Shown here: in pieces, positions 23,362 through 31,663 of the stretch
Layout of the letters: every line of letters begins with the position of its first letter
Position numbering within the stretch: position 1 is the stretch's first letter
NCBI GenBank assembly: GCA_028698375.1
Contig: JAQVDI010000001.1
Location: 1 to 31,663 of the forward strand
Source of the DNA: Patescibacteria group bacterium
GTDB taxonomy: Bacteria; Patescibacteriota; UBA1384; JAGGWG01
DNA length: 31,663 nt
Direction: 5' to 3'
Translations under genes and position numbers: made by a program
Notes under the pieces: model-generated
The model's input: only the letters and a program-made list of their open reading frames with translations
The model's database searches: none
Told to the model about the DNA's origin: nothing

Positions 23362-25350
23362 TTAACTAAAAATGAGAAATTTCGCAAGCGCGAAAAAAGT
23401 TATAACTGATAAATAATAAAAAATTAGAAAAAAATAATTAATCCTAACATCTTCTTTCTCATTTAATCTGTAATCATTTAAGGCGTCATAACTAACACCC
23501 TTGACGCTTGTTGCTCCAGCTAAAACTGGCTTAGTAGAATCAGGTTTGTCAGTTTGTTTTTTGGGTGGACTATTTATTTGAGGTGCGACTTTGAACCAAT
23601 CCTTATCAATCAAAAATAATTGATAATAAGTAGTACCAAAACTTAGAATCCCCCTGATATCGCCGCTTCCTTTGTGCATTTTAAATAAACTCCGCAATTT
23701 AATTTTTTGATTATTATAATTAATAAAATAACTACTCTTTTCCGTATAAACTAAACCATAAATTTTAATCATCCGGCCAACAAGAGTATCAATTGGTTCA
23801 TCAACTGGTGTGATAAAAACAGCTGGCAGAATCAAGTTACAATTTTCTAAAACAGAATAATAATCTAATTTTAAATATTTTTCTTTACTATTTTTTATTT
23901 GACCAAAAAATTGTAAACATTGATTACGATTAAGATTTAATTTTTTATTAGTCTTAATTTTTAGAACAAAGCTACCATCATTAAGATAAAAATAACTATT
24001 AGCAAAATCCCCTGGAGCCATAATAATTTTTCCTTGAGTTTGAACTTGTTCTGGTTGATTTCTTATCTCTTCTATTTTTTGTTTTAAATATTGAGGAATT
24101 AAAATATTTTTTTTATTAGGAGTATTTTTTCGTGACCACGAAAACTTATTATTAAAACGAGAATAAGAAAATCTCTTTAATGCTTTGTTATATTTTACTT
24201 TGTGATGCAAATCTAAATTCGGATCAAACAAACTAATTATTTCATTATTATTATTTAAAGATAATTTTGAGCCAGGATAAATCACAAAAAAACCATAAGC
24301 ATTAATTTTCCCCGATAAATTTAATGTATGGCCGCTTAAGTCTTTTATGAACCATCCATTTAAATCTATTTCTTTATTGTTTGGGTTGTAAATTTCTAAC
24401 CATTCTGATTCTTTTCTTTTTGCATCAGGAGCAGGATATAATTCATTAATCAACAGTGGCAAATAATTTTGTTTGGTAGTAAAAAATATTTTTCTTAAAA
24501 AGCAAAAATCTGTCCCTACCTCACAAGCATTAATTCGAACTTCGTATTCTTGATTAGGGCTAAGATTTTTAAATATTAATTTATTCAAAATAACTTCTTG
24601 TTCAATAAACAATTGATTATTTTGCCACAAACTAAAATTTTCAACAATATTTTTGCTAGAACTATTAATTTTTATAACGTCAAAACTTACTTGATCTGTC
24701 CCAAGATTTTCAGTTAAAAGATCAATATACTCTGGTAAAATTTGGAACGGAGTCGGGGGAGAAGCAACAAAAGAAAAGTTGGCGTCATAAACTGGTCGTT
24801 GCCATGAGTTGTAAATGCCCTGATCGCTAACCCAACTTATTTCATCAATGATTTCACCAGTTGTTTTAACATAAATAATTAGTTGACCATCAGTTATATT
24901 TAAAAAACTAGTTTTATAAGGTGCTATTAAATTAGGAATTAGCGGATTGTCGCTAAAACTTGAACCATAACCACCAAGCTCCAATAGCAAACCATTAATT
25001 TCATTAAAGTCTAAATTATTATCAGCCAAAAAAGCATCTCCGGAATATGCCACAATTAGACTTTGACCAAAATTTAAATCTATATCAGAAAAACAATTTT
25101 TAGGTTGATCTAAATTAATTTTATCAACACTTGAAGCAAAACAAATATCATTTAAATTGACACTGCTATTTGAGATATTGGCAATTTCAAACCATTTAGC
25201 TGCAGAGGAAGCAATTGTTAAACCACGCGTTTTTATTTCTTGAATTTTTAAAGCACTTTGTGGTTGATTATAAATACTAGACGAAAAACAATAATTAGGT
25301 GATAGGGTTAAAAAAACAAAAAACAGCAACAACAAAAATTGTTTAACCAT
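23362..25350 (-). CDS. Secreted, membrane-anchored lamin-tail-domain protein (2 LTD, FN3-like, OB-like)
   Basis: Signal peptide; KIQEI..WFEIAN and LINELYP..EWLEIYNP LTD motifs; NLSPNQEYEVRI FN3-like; C-terminal TM. Confidence 0.75.
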   Translation of the reverse strand: MVKQFLLLLFFVFLTLSPNYCFSSSIYNQPQSALKIQEIKTRGLTIASSAAKWFEIANISNSSVNLNDICFASSVDKINLDQPKNCFSDIDLNFGQSLIVAYSGDAFLADNNLDFNEINGLLLELGGYGSSFSDNPLIPNLIAPYKTSFLNITDGQLIIYVKTTGEIIDEISWVSDQGIYNSWQRPVYDANFSFVASPPTPFQILPEYIDLLTENLGTDQVSFDVIKINSSSKNIVENFSLWQNNQLFIEQEVILNKLIFKNLSPNQEYEVRINACEVGTDFCFLRKIFFTTKQNYLPLLINELYPAPDAKRKESEWLEIYNPNNKEIDLNGWFIKDLSGHTLNLSGKINAYGFFVIYPGSKLSLNNNNEIISLFDPNLDLHHKVKYNKALKRFSYSRFNNKFSWSRKNTPNKKNILIPQYLKQKIEEIRNQPEQVQTQGKIIMAPGDFANSYFYLNDGSFVLKIKTNKKLNLNRNQCLQFFGQIKNSKEKYLKLDYYSVLENCNLILPAVFITPVDEPIDTLVGRMIKIYGLVYTEKSSYFINYNNQKIKLRSLFKMHKGSGDIRGILSFGTTYYQLFLIDKDWFKVAPQINSPPKKQTDKPDSTKPVLAGATSVKGVSYDALNDYRLNEKEDVRINYFFLIFYYLSVITFFALAKFLIFS

Positions 25351-25617
25351 TTATATAATTATATCAAAAATCACGTTTTAAACCATTAAACCTAAAATTT
25401 AGGTTTATGAATAGGGGACTGCTAGGCAACAAATTTCACTATTTAAATCTTTACCTCTTTTATTATTCCACGCTTGATGCGGGATCTATTTATTGGTCAT
25501 CCCGAAACCAAAAAAAGTATATTCTTTCCCATAATTTCAATAGGGTCAACAAAAATCAAACCCTTCCCTTGCTTAATCTGTTTAACCCTATCATCTAAAA
25601 ATTTAAAAAACTAAAAT

Positions 25618-26670
25618 CTATTTTATTAGCATACAATCGCCGAAACTAAAAAAACGATATTTCTTTTTAACAGCTTCACGATATGCTTTGAATATTTTGT
25701 CACGGCCGGCAAAAGCGCTCTTGTCCGCCGAAGTTTTAGCAAAAGCGGAAACCAAAAATAATAATGAACTTTTTGGCAAATGAAAGTTAGTAAGCATAGC
25801 ATCAACAAATTTAAATTTATATGGTGGATAAATATAAATTGAAGTTTCTTTATTATGTTCATGCAAAATGCCCTTTCCGTCCGTAGCGGTTTCTAAAGCA
25901 CGAGCCACAGTCGTACCAATAGCCAAAATTTTTTTACCTTCTTTTTTCTTTTGATTCAAAAAGTCTGCAGTTTTTTGAGTAATCACCATTTTCTCATTAT
26001 GAATCTTGTGATCTTCAATTTTTTTAGATTTTACTGGGGCAAATGTCCCCCACCCCACTTCAAGCGTTAAAAAAGCAAATTTAATTTTTTTATTTTTCAA
26101 TCTATTTAAAATACGAGGCGTAAAATGCAAAGATGCTGTTGGCGCCGCTACAGAGCCGTCAATTTTAGCAAAAATACTTTGATATTTTTTTCTTGCCTCA
26201 TTTTCTTTCATTTGACTTTTAATATAAGGAGGTAAAGGCATCTGCCCTTTTTTTCTTAAAAATTCTCTTAAAATACAATCACCTTTTAAAATTTTGATCC
26301 GAAAAATTTGATCTTTAAAATTAATTACTTGCAACTGGATTTGTCGGCTTAAAGTAATTTTAGTGCCAATAGTTATTTTACCTTTGATCAAAACTTCCCA
26401 AACTTTTTGGGTCAATTTTTTAACAAATAGCACTTCTACTTTTCCTCCTGTTTCTTTATAACCAAAAACACGAGCTGGCATAACCTGAGTGTTGTTAAAA
26501 ACTAACACATATTTTTCATCCAAAATCTTTGGCAAATCAAAAAAATTAGAATGAAAAATTGCTCCATTCAAACGATCCAAAATCATCATCCGGCTATGAT
26601 CTCGGGGATTATTTGGTTCTTGAGCGATTAAACCTACTGGCAATTTATAATTAAAATTTTCTTTTTCCAT
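25618..26670 (-). CDS. queA: S-adenosylmethionine:tRNA ribosyltransferase-isomerase QueA
   Basis: LIAQEP, VFNNTQV, GQMPLPPYI, AAPTASLHF, TNFHLPKS, RFFSFGD. Confidence 0.96.
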   Translation of the reverse strand: MEKENFNYKLPVGLIAQEPNNPRDHSRMMILDRLNGAIFHSNFFDLPKILDEKYVLVFNNTQVMPARVFGYKETGGKVEVLFVKKLTQKVWEVLIKGKITIGTKITLSRQIQLQVINFKDQIFRIKILKGDCILREFLRKKGQMPLPPYIKSQMKENEARKKYQSIFAKIDGSVAAPTASLHFTPRILNRLKNKKIKFAFLTLEVGWGTFAPVKSKKIEDHKIHNEKMVITQKTADFLNQKKKEGKKILAIGTTVARALETATDGKGILHEHNKETSIYIYPPYKFKFVDAMLTNFHLPKSSLLFLVSAFAKTSADKSAFAGRDKIFKAYREAVKKKYRFFSFGDCMLIK

Positions 26671-26702
26671 CAGTTTTAAATTAAGAGATTAAAAATTAAA
26701 AA

Positions 26703-27485
26703 CTAAAAATTAATTTCACCCTTATGCTTATGGTTAGTGCTTTTTGCGGCTTGTTGCTGCTTTTTATGGTCTTGATTTTGACGTAAGTTTTTTTTATTTG
26801 TTTTTGGGACAATTTTCTCATCTGGATTATTATTTTTATTCTCCGCCAACTCCTCTACAAATTCATTTTCATGTTTTTTTAAATCTTCTTCATTATGCTT
26901 TATTTGTTTAGACTCTTGGCTAGGATTAAAATCTTCTGCCGCAGCTGTTGAAATCCGGCTCACGACCTTAGACGGATTTGGCAAATCACGTAAAGTAAAA
27001 TTAGGCGACTCCCCCGCAGTTTGAATTAGGACAGTCCCGAAATCAAGAGTTGACTGGAAAAAACCCCTCACTTCACTCCGAACATCTTGAATACTAATAA
27101 GTTCAGTTGCAACAATTTTTCTACGGAATAAATTCAATTGTTCGATATCAATAACGCGACGATTAGTCACAATAGTAATATCCAAATAATATTCCATCCA
27201 AGATAAATATAAAAACAATATCAAACTTAGAAATAACATAAAAACAATTAGCCAAAAAATTCTCCCTGGGCTAACGACTAAATCTAAACTGCTCAAAAAT
27301 TGGTTAAATCCTAAAAAATAAAAAAGAAAAATAAAAATTATAATAATGGCAACCATCAAAAAAACTGCAAGATAGGCTGGCCACAAAGCAAACCAATGCC
27401 GACGCACAAACAATAAAATCTGCTCATCCTTTTCCCAGATTGTGCCATATTTACCTTTAATTAGTTGAATTGGTTTTTTGAACAT
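26703..27485 (-). CDS. Membrane protein with bacterial PH domain and charged tail
   Basis: VRRHW, two TM segments, IVTNRRVIDIEQ, DFGTVLIQTAG. Confidence 0.8.
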   Translation of the reverse strand: MFKKPIQLIKGKYGTIWEKDEQILLFVRRHWFALWPAYLAVFLMVAIIIIFIFLFYFLGFNQFLSSLDLVVSPGRIFWLIVFMLFLSLILFLYLSWMEYYLDITIVTNRRVIDIEQLNLFRRKIVATELISIQDVRSEVRGFFQSTLDFGTVLIQTAGESPNFTLRDLPNPSKVVSRISTAAAEDFNPSQESKQIKHNEEDLKKHENEFVEELAENKNNNPDEKIVPKTNKKNLRQNQDHKKQQQAAKSTNHKHKGEINF

Positions 27486-27488
27486 AAC

Positions 27489-27674
27489 CTAAATAATAAT
27501 TAATACAATCAAACTAATAACAATAATTATCCCAGAAATAAAAAAATAAAATTTAGTCATTGTTTTCGTAGCATCACCGACAAAACCATACATCATTAAT
27601 TGCTTAGCTACAAAATAACTAATAATGAACCAGACTATCAAAAATAAAAAGTAAATTGAAAAAAGATAAATCAT
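27489..27674 (-). CDS. Small membrane protein (2 TM segments)
   Basis: 61 aa, ATGA overlap with the queH stop. Confidence 0.65.
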   Translation of the reverse strand: MIYLFSIYFLFLIVWFIISYFVAKQLMMYGFVGDATKTMTKFYFFISGIIIVISLIVLIII

Positions 27675-28255
27675 AATTTCTTCTCTTGTCTTTCCTTAAT
27701 ACTATAAACACAACCACAATATTTTGGTACTGTCAAGCCCATATTTCTTGCTTGATGCATAGAACGAAAATAACCCTTGCGCCAATCACGAAAATAAAAC
27801 GGCACAGAATATTTATTGCCCGCTTCAGCACCAATTTGCCAAATTAAACTCTGTTGTTGATAAGGAGAAATTAACAATGAAGTCGTAAACATATCAGCAC
27901 CATTTTTTTTGGCATAACGCGCCACATAATTTAAACGTAATTTATAACATTCAGCACAACGCAATTTAGGCAAATTTTCAATACTCCGATAATGTCTTTT
28001 TTCATAATTATACAAACGATTAAAATAAGCCTTAACATCATAAGGCGGAACAATTAGATGCACACCCGTTTTTTGACACAAAATTTCTACGTCACGCAAT
28101 CTATTTTTATATTCTTGTTCACCATGAATATTTGGATTATAAAAAATCGCTTCAACTTTTAAACCCTCTTTTTGCAAAAATTCAATCACATAAGCAGCAC
28201 AACTAGCACAACAAATATGCAATAAAATCTTTTTATTTTTAAGCATCCTCCCCAT
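27671..28255 (-). CDS. queH: Epoxyqueuosine reductase QueH
   Basis: LLHICCASC, YNPNIH, CAECY..RL, FTTSLLISP, KYCGC. The ATG at 28255 lies just past the ruvB stop. Confidence 0.9.
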   Translation of the reverse strand: MGRMLKNKKILLHICCASCAAYVIEFLQKEGLKVEAIFYNPNIHGEQEYKNRLRDVEILCQKTGVHLIVPPYDVKAYFNRLYNYEKRHYRSIENLPKLRCAECYKLRLNYVARYAKKNGADMFTTSLLISPYQQQSLIWQIGAEAGNKYSVPFYFRDWRKGYFRSMHQARNMGLTVPKYCGCVYSIKERQEKKL

Positions 28256-28256
28256 A

Positions 28257-29246
28257 TTAAAAATTAAGTCTATTATTTTTAAGGTGCTCAATTGCTTTAT
28301 GGCTCACTTTTCTACCGGTTGGCGTACGTTCTAAAAAACCCAATTGCATCAGATATGGTTCATAAACTTCTTCAAGAGTAACCCGATCTTCGCCAATAGC
28401 GCTAGCGAGGGCATTAATGCCAACTGGGCCACCGCTAAATTTTTCTAAAATTACCCCAAGAATTTTACGATCTAAATCATCCAAACCATATTCATCAATT
28501 TCTAGTGTGTCCAAAGAGTTTTTAGCTAATTCTTCATCTATTTTATTTTGATTTTCAATTTGCGCAAAATCTCTCAATCTTTTCAATAAACGATTAGCAA
28601 TTCTAGGAGTAAAACGAGAACGACAAGCTAATTCGTTTATCGCTTTTTGATTAATTTCAATACCTAAAATTTCCGCACTTCTTTGAATAATTTTTTTGAT
28701 ATCACTTTCTTCATAAAAATTAAGTCGATAGATAATTCCAAAACGATCACGTAAAGGCGAAGATAAGGAAGCAAATTTTGTAGTTGCTCCGATTAACGTA
28801 AAATTAGGTAAATCTAAACGTAAAACTTGGGCACTAGGACCTTTACCTACCACTAAATCAATTTTTCCCTCTTCCATCGCCGGATATAAAATTTCTTCAA
28901 TATGATGATTAAGTCGATGAATTTCATCAATAAAAAGAACATCTCTATCTTCCAAACTAGTCAAAATCGCGGCTAAATCCGCCACTCTTTCAATTGCCGG
29001 GCCGCTAGTTACTTTAACAGTTGACTCCATTTCGCCTCCAATAATATGAGCCAGTGTTGTTTTACCAATCCCCGGCGGACCGTGGAATAGAACATGCTCA
29101 AGTGGTTCTTGACGCTCTTTAGTCGCTTTTAAAAATATATTTAAACTTTTTTTAATGCGGTCTTGACCAATAAAATCATCTATTTTTTTAGGCCTTAAAT
29201 TTCTGTCAAAAGCCGAGTCTTTATCTTTAAAAATTTCATCTGACAT
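28257..29246 (-). CDS. ruvB: Holliday junction branch migration helicase RuvB
   Basis: LRP..DFIGQ, GPPGIGKTT, FIDEIHR, LRDRFG, TPRIANRLL, YEPYL. Confidence 0.98.
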   Translation of the reverse strand: MSDEIFKDKDSAFDRNLRPKKIDDFIGQDRIKKSLNIFLKATKERQEPLEHVLFHGPPGIGKTTLAHIIGGEMESTVKVTSGPAIERVADLAAILTSLEDRDVLFIDEIHRLNHHIEEILYPAMEEGKIDLVVGKGPSAQVLRLDLPNFTLIGATTKFASLSSPLRDRFGIIYRLNFYEESDIKKIIQRSAEILGIEINQKAINELACRSRFTPRIANRLLKRLRDFAQIENQNKIDEELAKNSLDTLEIDEYGLDDLDRKILGVILEKFSGGPVGINALASAIGEDRVTLEEVYEPYLMQLGFLERTPTGRKVSHKAIEHLKNNRLNF

Positions 29247-29273
29247 TTTTCTTTTTTATTTTTAAATTAATCA

Positions 29274-29828
29274 CTATTTTCTAACGGATCCTACCTCTTT
29301 TAAAATTTTGGTAATTTTTTCTTGCAAAGTTTTTTCATCACCATTTAAATAACCCAAAGCATTCTGCGCTTCACGCGCACTATAACCTAAGCTTTTTAAT
29401 GCTTCAACAAGCTGTTCATCGCGTGGCTCTTTTTCTTCAAATTGGAAAACATCAATTAATTCCGCCATAATTTTACGAGCTGTTTTTTTGCCAATGCCTG
29501 GCGCTGCTTCTAATTTGGAAACGTCATTATCTTCAATAATTTTTAGCAAATCGTGGGAATGATAAATTGATAAAAGCGCTAAAGCTCCTTTAGGACCAAG
29601 ACCAGAAATTTTAATTAAACGTTCAAATAATTCCCTTTCTTTAAAATCGCTAAATCCATAAAGCGCATCACTTTTTTCAGTTTGATAATGATAAACAAAA
29701 AGCGCCAATTTATCGCCTTTAATCAAACGAGGTGGTAAATAGACAAAATAACCAACTCCGCAATTAGTATTTAAAATCACAAAATTAGAACCTTGAGCTC
29801 CTATTTTTCCCTCGATATAAGCTATCAT
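29274..29828 (-). CDS. ruvA: Holliday junction branch migration protein RuvA
   Basis: MIAYIEG, GVGY, LYGF, ISGLGPK, APGIGKKTA, EALKSLGY. Confidence 0.96.
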   Translation of the reverse strand: MIAYIEGKIGAQGSNFVILNTNCGVGYFVYLPPRLIKGDKLALFVYHYQTEKSDALYGFSDFKERELFERLIKISGLGPKGALALLSIYHSHDLLKIIEDNDVSKLEAAPGIGKKTARKIMAELIDVFQFEEKEPRDEQLVEALKSLGYSAREAQNALGYLNGDEKTLQEKITKILKEVGSVRK

Positions 29829-29926
29829 TAGCTTTAATCATAACCCGAGAGCTTAGGTTTGGCAACTTTATCCCTAAACCAAATTATTTTCTAAGAGTTA
29901 ATCCAGTGTTAAATTATAAAATTTAT

Positions 29927-31126
29927 TTATTTAGAAATTTGGTGCGGGGATATATTTTTTTTAGATTTATTTTCAATTTGTCCAAGCGTTTGTTTCTTAA
30001 ATTTTGGCAACGGTTTTACTTTTGATTCTTTAACTGGCTGAATTTTTTTCTTAGTGAATTTGACTGGCTTAGAAATAGTTTTTAATGATTTTTTCTTTTT
30101 CATAATTTCCTTTTTCTCAAGATTTATTTCCTCTGATGTTGAAGATGACGGTTCAATCTCGACCCTTCTTGTTGCTGCTTTAGGTGCAAATTTTATTTCT
30201 GTTTTACGGAACAAATTGCTTAAACCATTTTTCTTTTGACGCGAAATAGCAAATTTAATAATTTCTTCAGGAACATTAATTCTAAAAGTCTTTGTGAAAC
30301 CACGAAATTGTGGAGTTCGATTAACTTCTAAAACATAAGGCTTATTTTTACGAAACATTATATCAACACCACAAATTTCATAGCCCATAGCACGAGCGGC
30401 TTTAAGCGCTAATTTTTCTAATTCTGGTGTTAGCTCATATTTCTCCGTTGTCGCCCCAACAGCAACATTAGAACGAAAATCCCCTTCGGGCGCCATTCTT
30501 TTCATCGCCCCTAGACATCTATTACCAACTACAAAAATACGTAAATCATAACGAATATCTAAATCTCTTTGAATCAAAAGACCATGAATATCTTTTTTGC
30601 CAACAAGTTTTAACGCTCCAGATTTTGATTTAGCCTTAAAAACACCTTGCCCCATAGTACCAGAAATAGGTTTAATAATAATTGGATAACTTGAAATTTG
30701 ATTTAATAACTTTTTTGCATTACGCGGACGAAGCGCCTGCCAAGTTAAGGGATGAGGCAAACCAGCATCAAATAGACGAATCGCTTGAGACACTTTATCT
30801 AAAATCATTTCTAATTTAGAATTTAAAACCACTTTACCCAGACGTTTCATATACCAACCCAAAACTAATGATTGAATATAAAATTTACTTACCCATCGAC
30901 GAATCAAAATATCATAATCTTTAAAATCTTGGACTTTAACTTTTTTTTCTTTACGATCATAAACCCAAAATTGGGCTCGCACACCTTTCTTTTGATCAAT
31001 TTTTAAAATCACATCCTTCATTGGGATTAAAGATACCTTAGCACCTAATTTTTTAGCTGCTTTTTTCCATTCTTTTCGATACCAAGGATTATGTGCATCT
31101 GCACCGATAACTGCAATTTTTAACAT
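29927..31126 (-). CDS. RimK-family ATP-grasp amino-acid ligase with Lys-rich C-terminal tail
   Basis: DKVSQ, IIKP..GTMGQGV, DLRIFVVG, FRSNVAVG, GVDI, LEVNRTP.F.G. Confidence 0.85.
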   Translation of the reverse strand: MLKIAVIGADAHNPWYRKEWKKAAKKLGAKVSLIPMKDVILKIDQKKGVRAQFWVYDRKEKKVKVQDFKDYDILIRRWVSKFYIQSLVLGWYMKRLGKVVLNSKLEMILDKVSQAIRLFDAGLPHPLTWQALRPRNAKKLLNQISSYPIIIKPISGTMGQGVFKAKSKSGALKLVGKKDIHGLLIQRDLDIRYDLRIFVVGNRCLGAMKRMAPEGDFRSNVAVGATTEKYELTPELEKLALKAARAMGYEICGVDIMFRKNKPYVLEVNRTPQFRGFTKTFRINVPEEIIKFAISRQKKNGLSNLFRKTEIKFAPKAATRRVEIEPSSSTSEEINLEKKEIMKKKKSLKTISKPVKFTKKKIQPVKESKVKPLPKFKKQTLGQIENKSKKNISPHQISK

Positions 31127-31318
31127 ACAAAATTATTTAATTTCACCTTATTAGTTTACATAAAAATATCTTTGAAAACAAATTAGTATAACAGTAAAAT
31201 CAAACTGCGCTAGGATAAGACTAATTACGCTACACGATCCAACAAATCCCAGACATTTGTATATTCTTTCAACTCTAGAAATTACTGACCAAGATTTGGA
31301 TAATTTAGAAAAATAAAA

Positions 31319-31594
31319 TTACTCTTTAAGTTTATCTAATTTTTCCATAAGATATAAAACATTGGTGTGTTCGGCATCAATTATATTATCTTGCCACGGC
31401 ATTTCTCGGTCTAAAAGTAAATCAATTAAATAATTGCCCAAAGTAGATAATGACCTTTCTGCTTCATTATTAATAATTGTTTCTAACCTACTTTTATAAC
31501 CGATCAATTTGGCACAAACTAAAAACTCAATTCTCATATCTAAAATTGTTTCAAAAAAGTTATTTATAATGGTTTCTTCTATTTTTTTAATCAT
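31319..31594 (-). CDS. Hypothetical protein
   Basis: 91-aa helical-looking ORF with no recognised motif. Confidence 0.55.
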   Translation of the reverse strand: MIKKIEETIINNFFETILDMRIEFLVCAKLIGYKSRLETIINNEAERSLSTLGNYLIDLLLDREMPWQDNIIDAEHTNVLYLMEKLDKLKE

Positions 31595-31663
31595 TCTAAG
31601 ATAAACATCCTTATTTTCTAAAACAGGCTGAGAATAAAATTTAGTAGCGTTAATAATGCAATG

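Noticed and set aside
25351-25617. preQ1 riboswitch, ncRNA or 63-aa ORF (25407-25598) near queA
   Set aside because: Lies downstream of queA, no preQ1 consensus seen, only weak hairpins, and the ORF has no support.
1422-28255. Functional clustering of tRNA-modification genes with their substrate tRNAs
   Set aside because: Spread over 27 kb on separate transcription units; expected density in a reduced genome.
2510-30239. Other short ORFs nested in or antisense to recognised genes (e.g. 2510, 4793, 6042, 7580, 7823, 12448, 13004, 13316, 16145, 16826, 17095, 18457, 19329, 19945, 20876, 22171, 25626, 30054)
   Set aside because: They overlap well-supported CDSs and show no independent RBS or motif.
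31168-31317. ATCTTTGAAAA (boxA-like) followed by an open plus-strand frame ending DQDLDNLEK
   Set aside because: No SD or ATG/GTG/TTG start and no convincing promoter geometry, so not counted with the six leaders.
1-31663. Alternative genetic code (TAG or TGA recoding)
   Set aside because: Conserved genes are intact under code 11. ruvA and queA end at TAG and the glycosylase-like gene ends at TGA with a terminator.

Overview
AT-rich bacterial window whose gene set (DUF5652, minimal TsaB, QueH, lamin-tail surface protein) suggests a small CPR/Patescibacteria-type genome. That lineage call is an inference. TAA, TAG and TGA all act as stops. The left ~12 kb is an accessory/tRNA region. It holds an amber-interrupted SAM methyltransferase, an attC-like bulged hairpin, and an IntI-like tyrosine recombinase that lacks the integron-specific insertion. 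It also holds five tRNAs (Ser-CGA, Arg-TCT, Lys-CTT, Ile-GAT, His-GTG), a C39-like peptidase, two tandem HhH-GPD/FeS-type glycosylase paralogues, an ABC exporter, mnmA, an LPETG protein and a G/S/N/Y-rich repeat protein. Six accessory genes share the layout sigma70 promoter, boxA-like motif, then ribosome-binding site. The right ~18 kb is a run of minus-strand housekeeping and envelope genes: RimK-like ligase, ruvA, ruvB, queH, queA, LTD protein, tsaE, tsaB, LCP, PrsA-like, trxB and a GT2/GtrA/GT-C/GT2 glycosylation module. All calls come from motif reading by eye; no searches were run.
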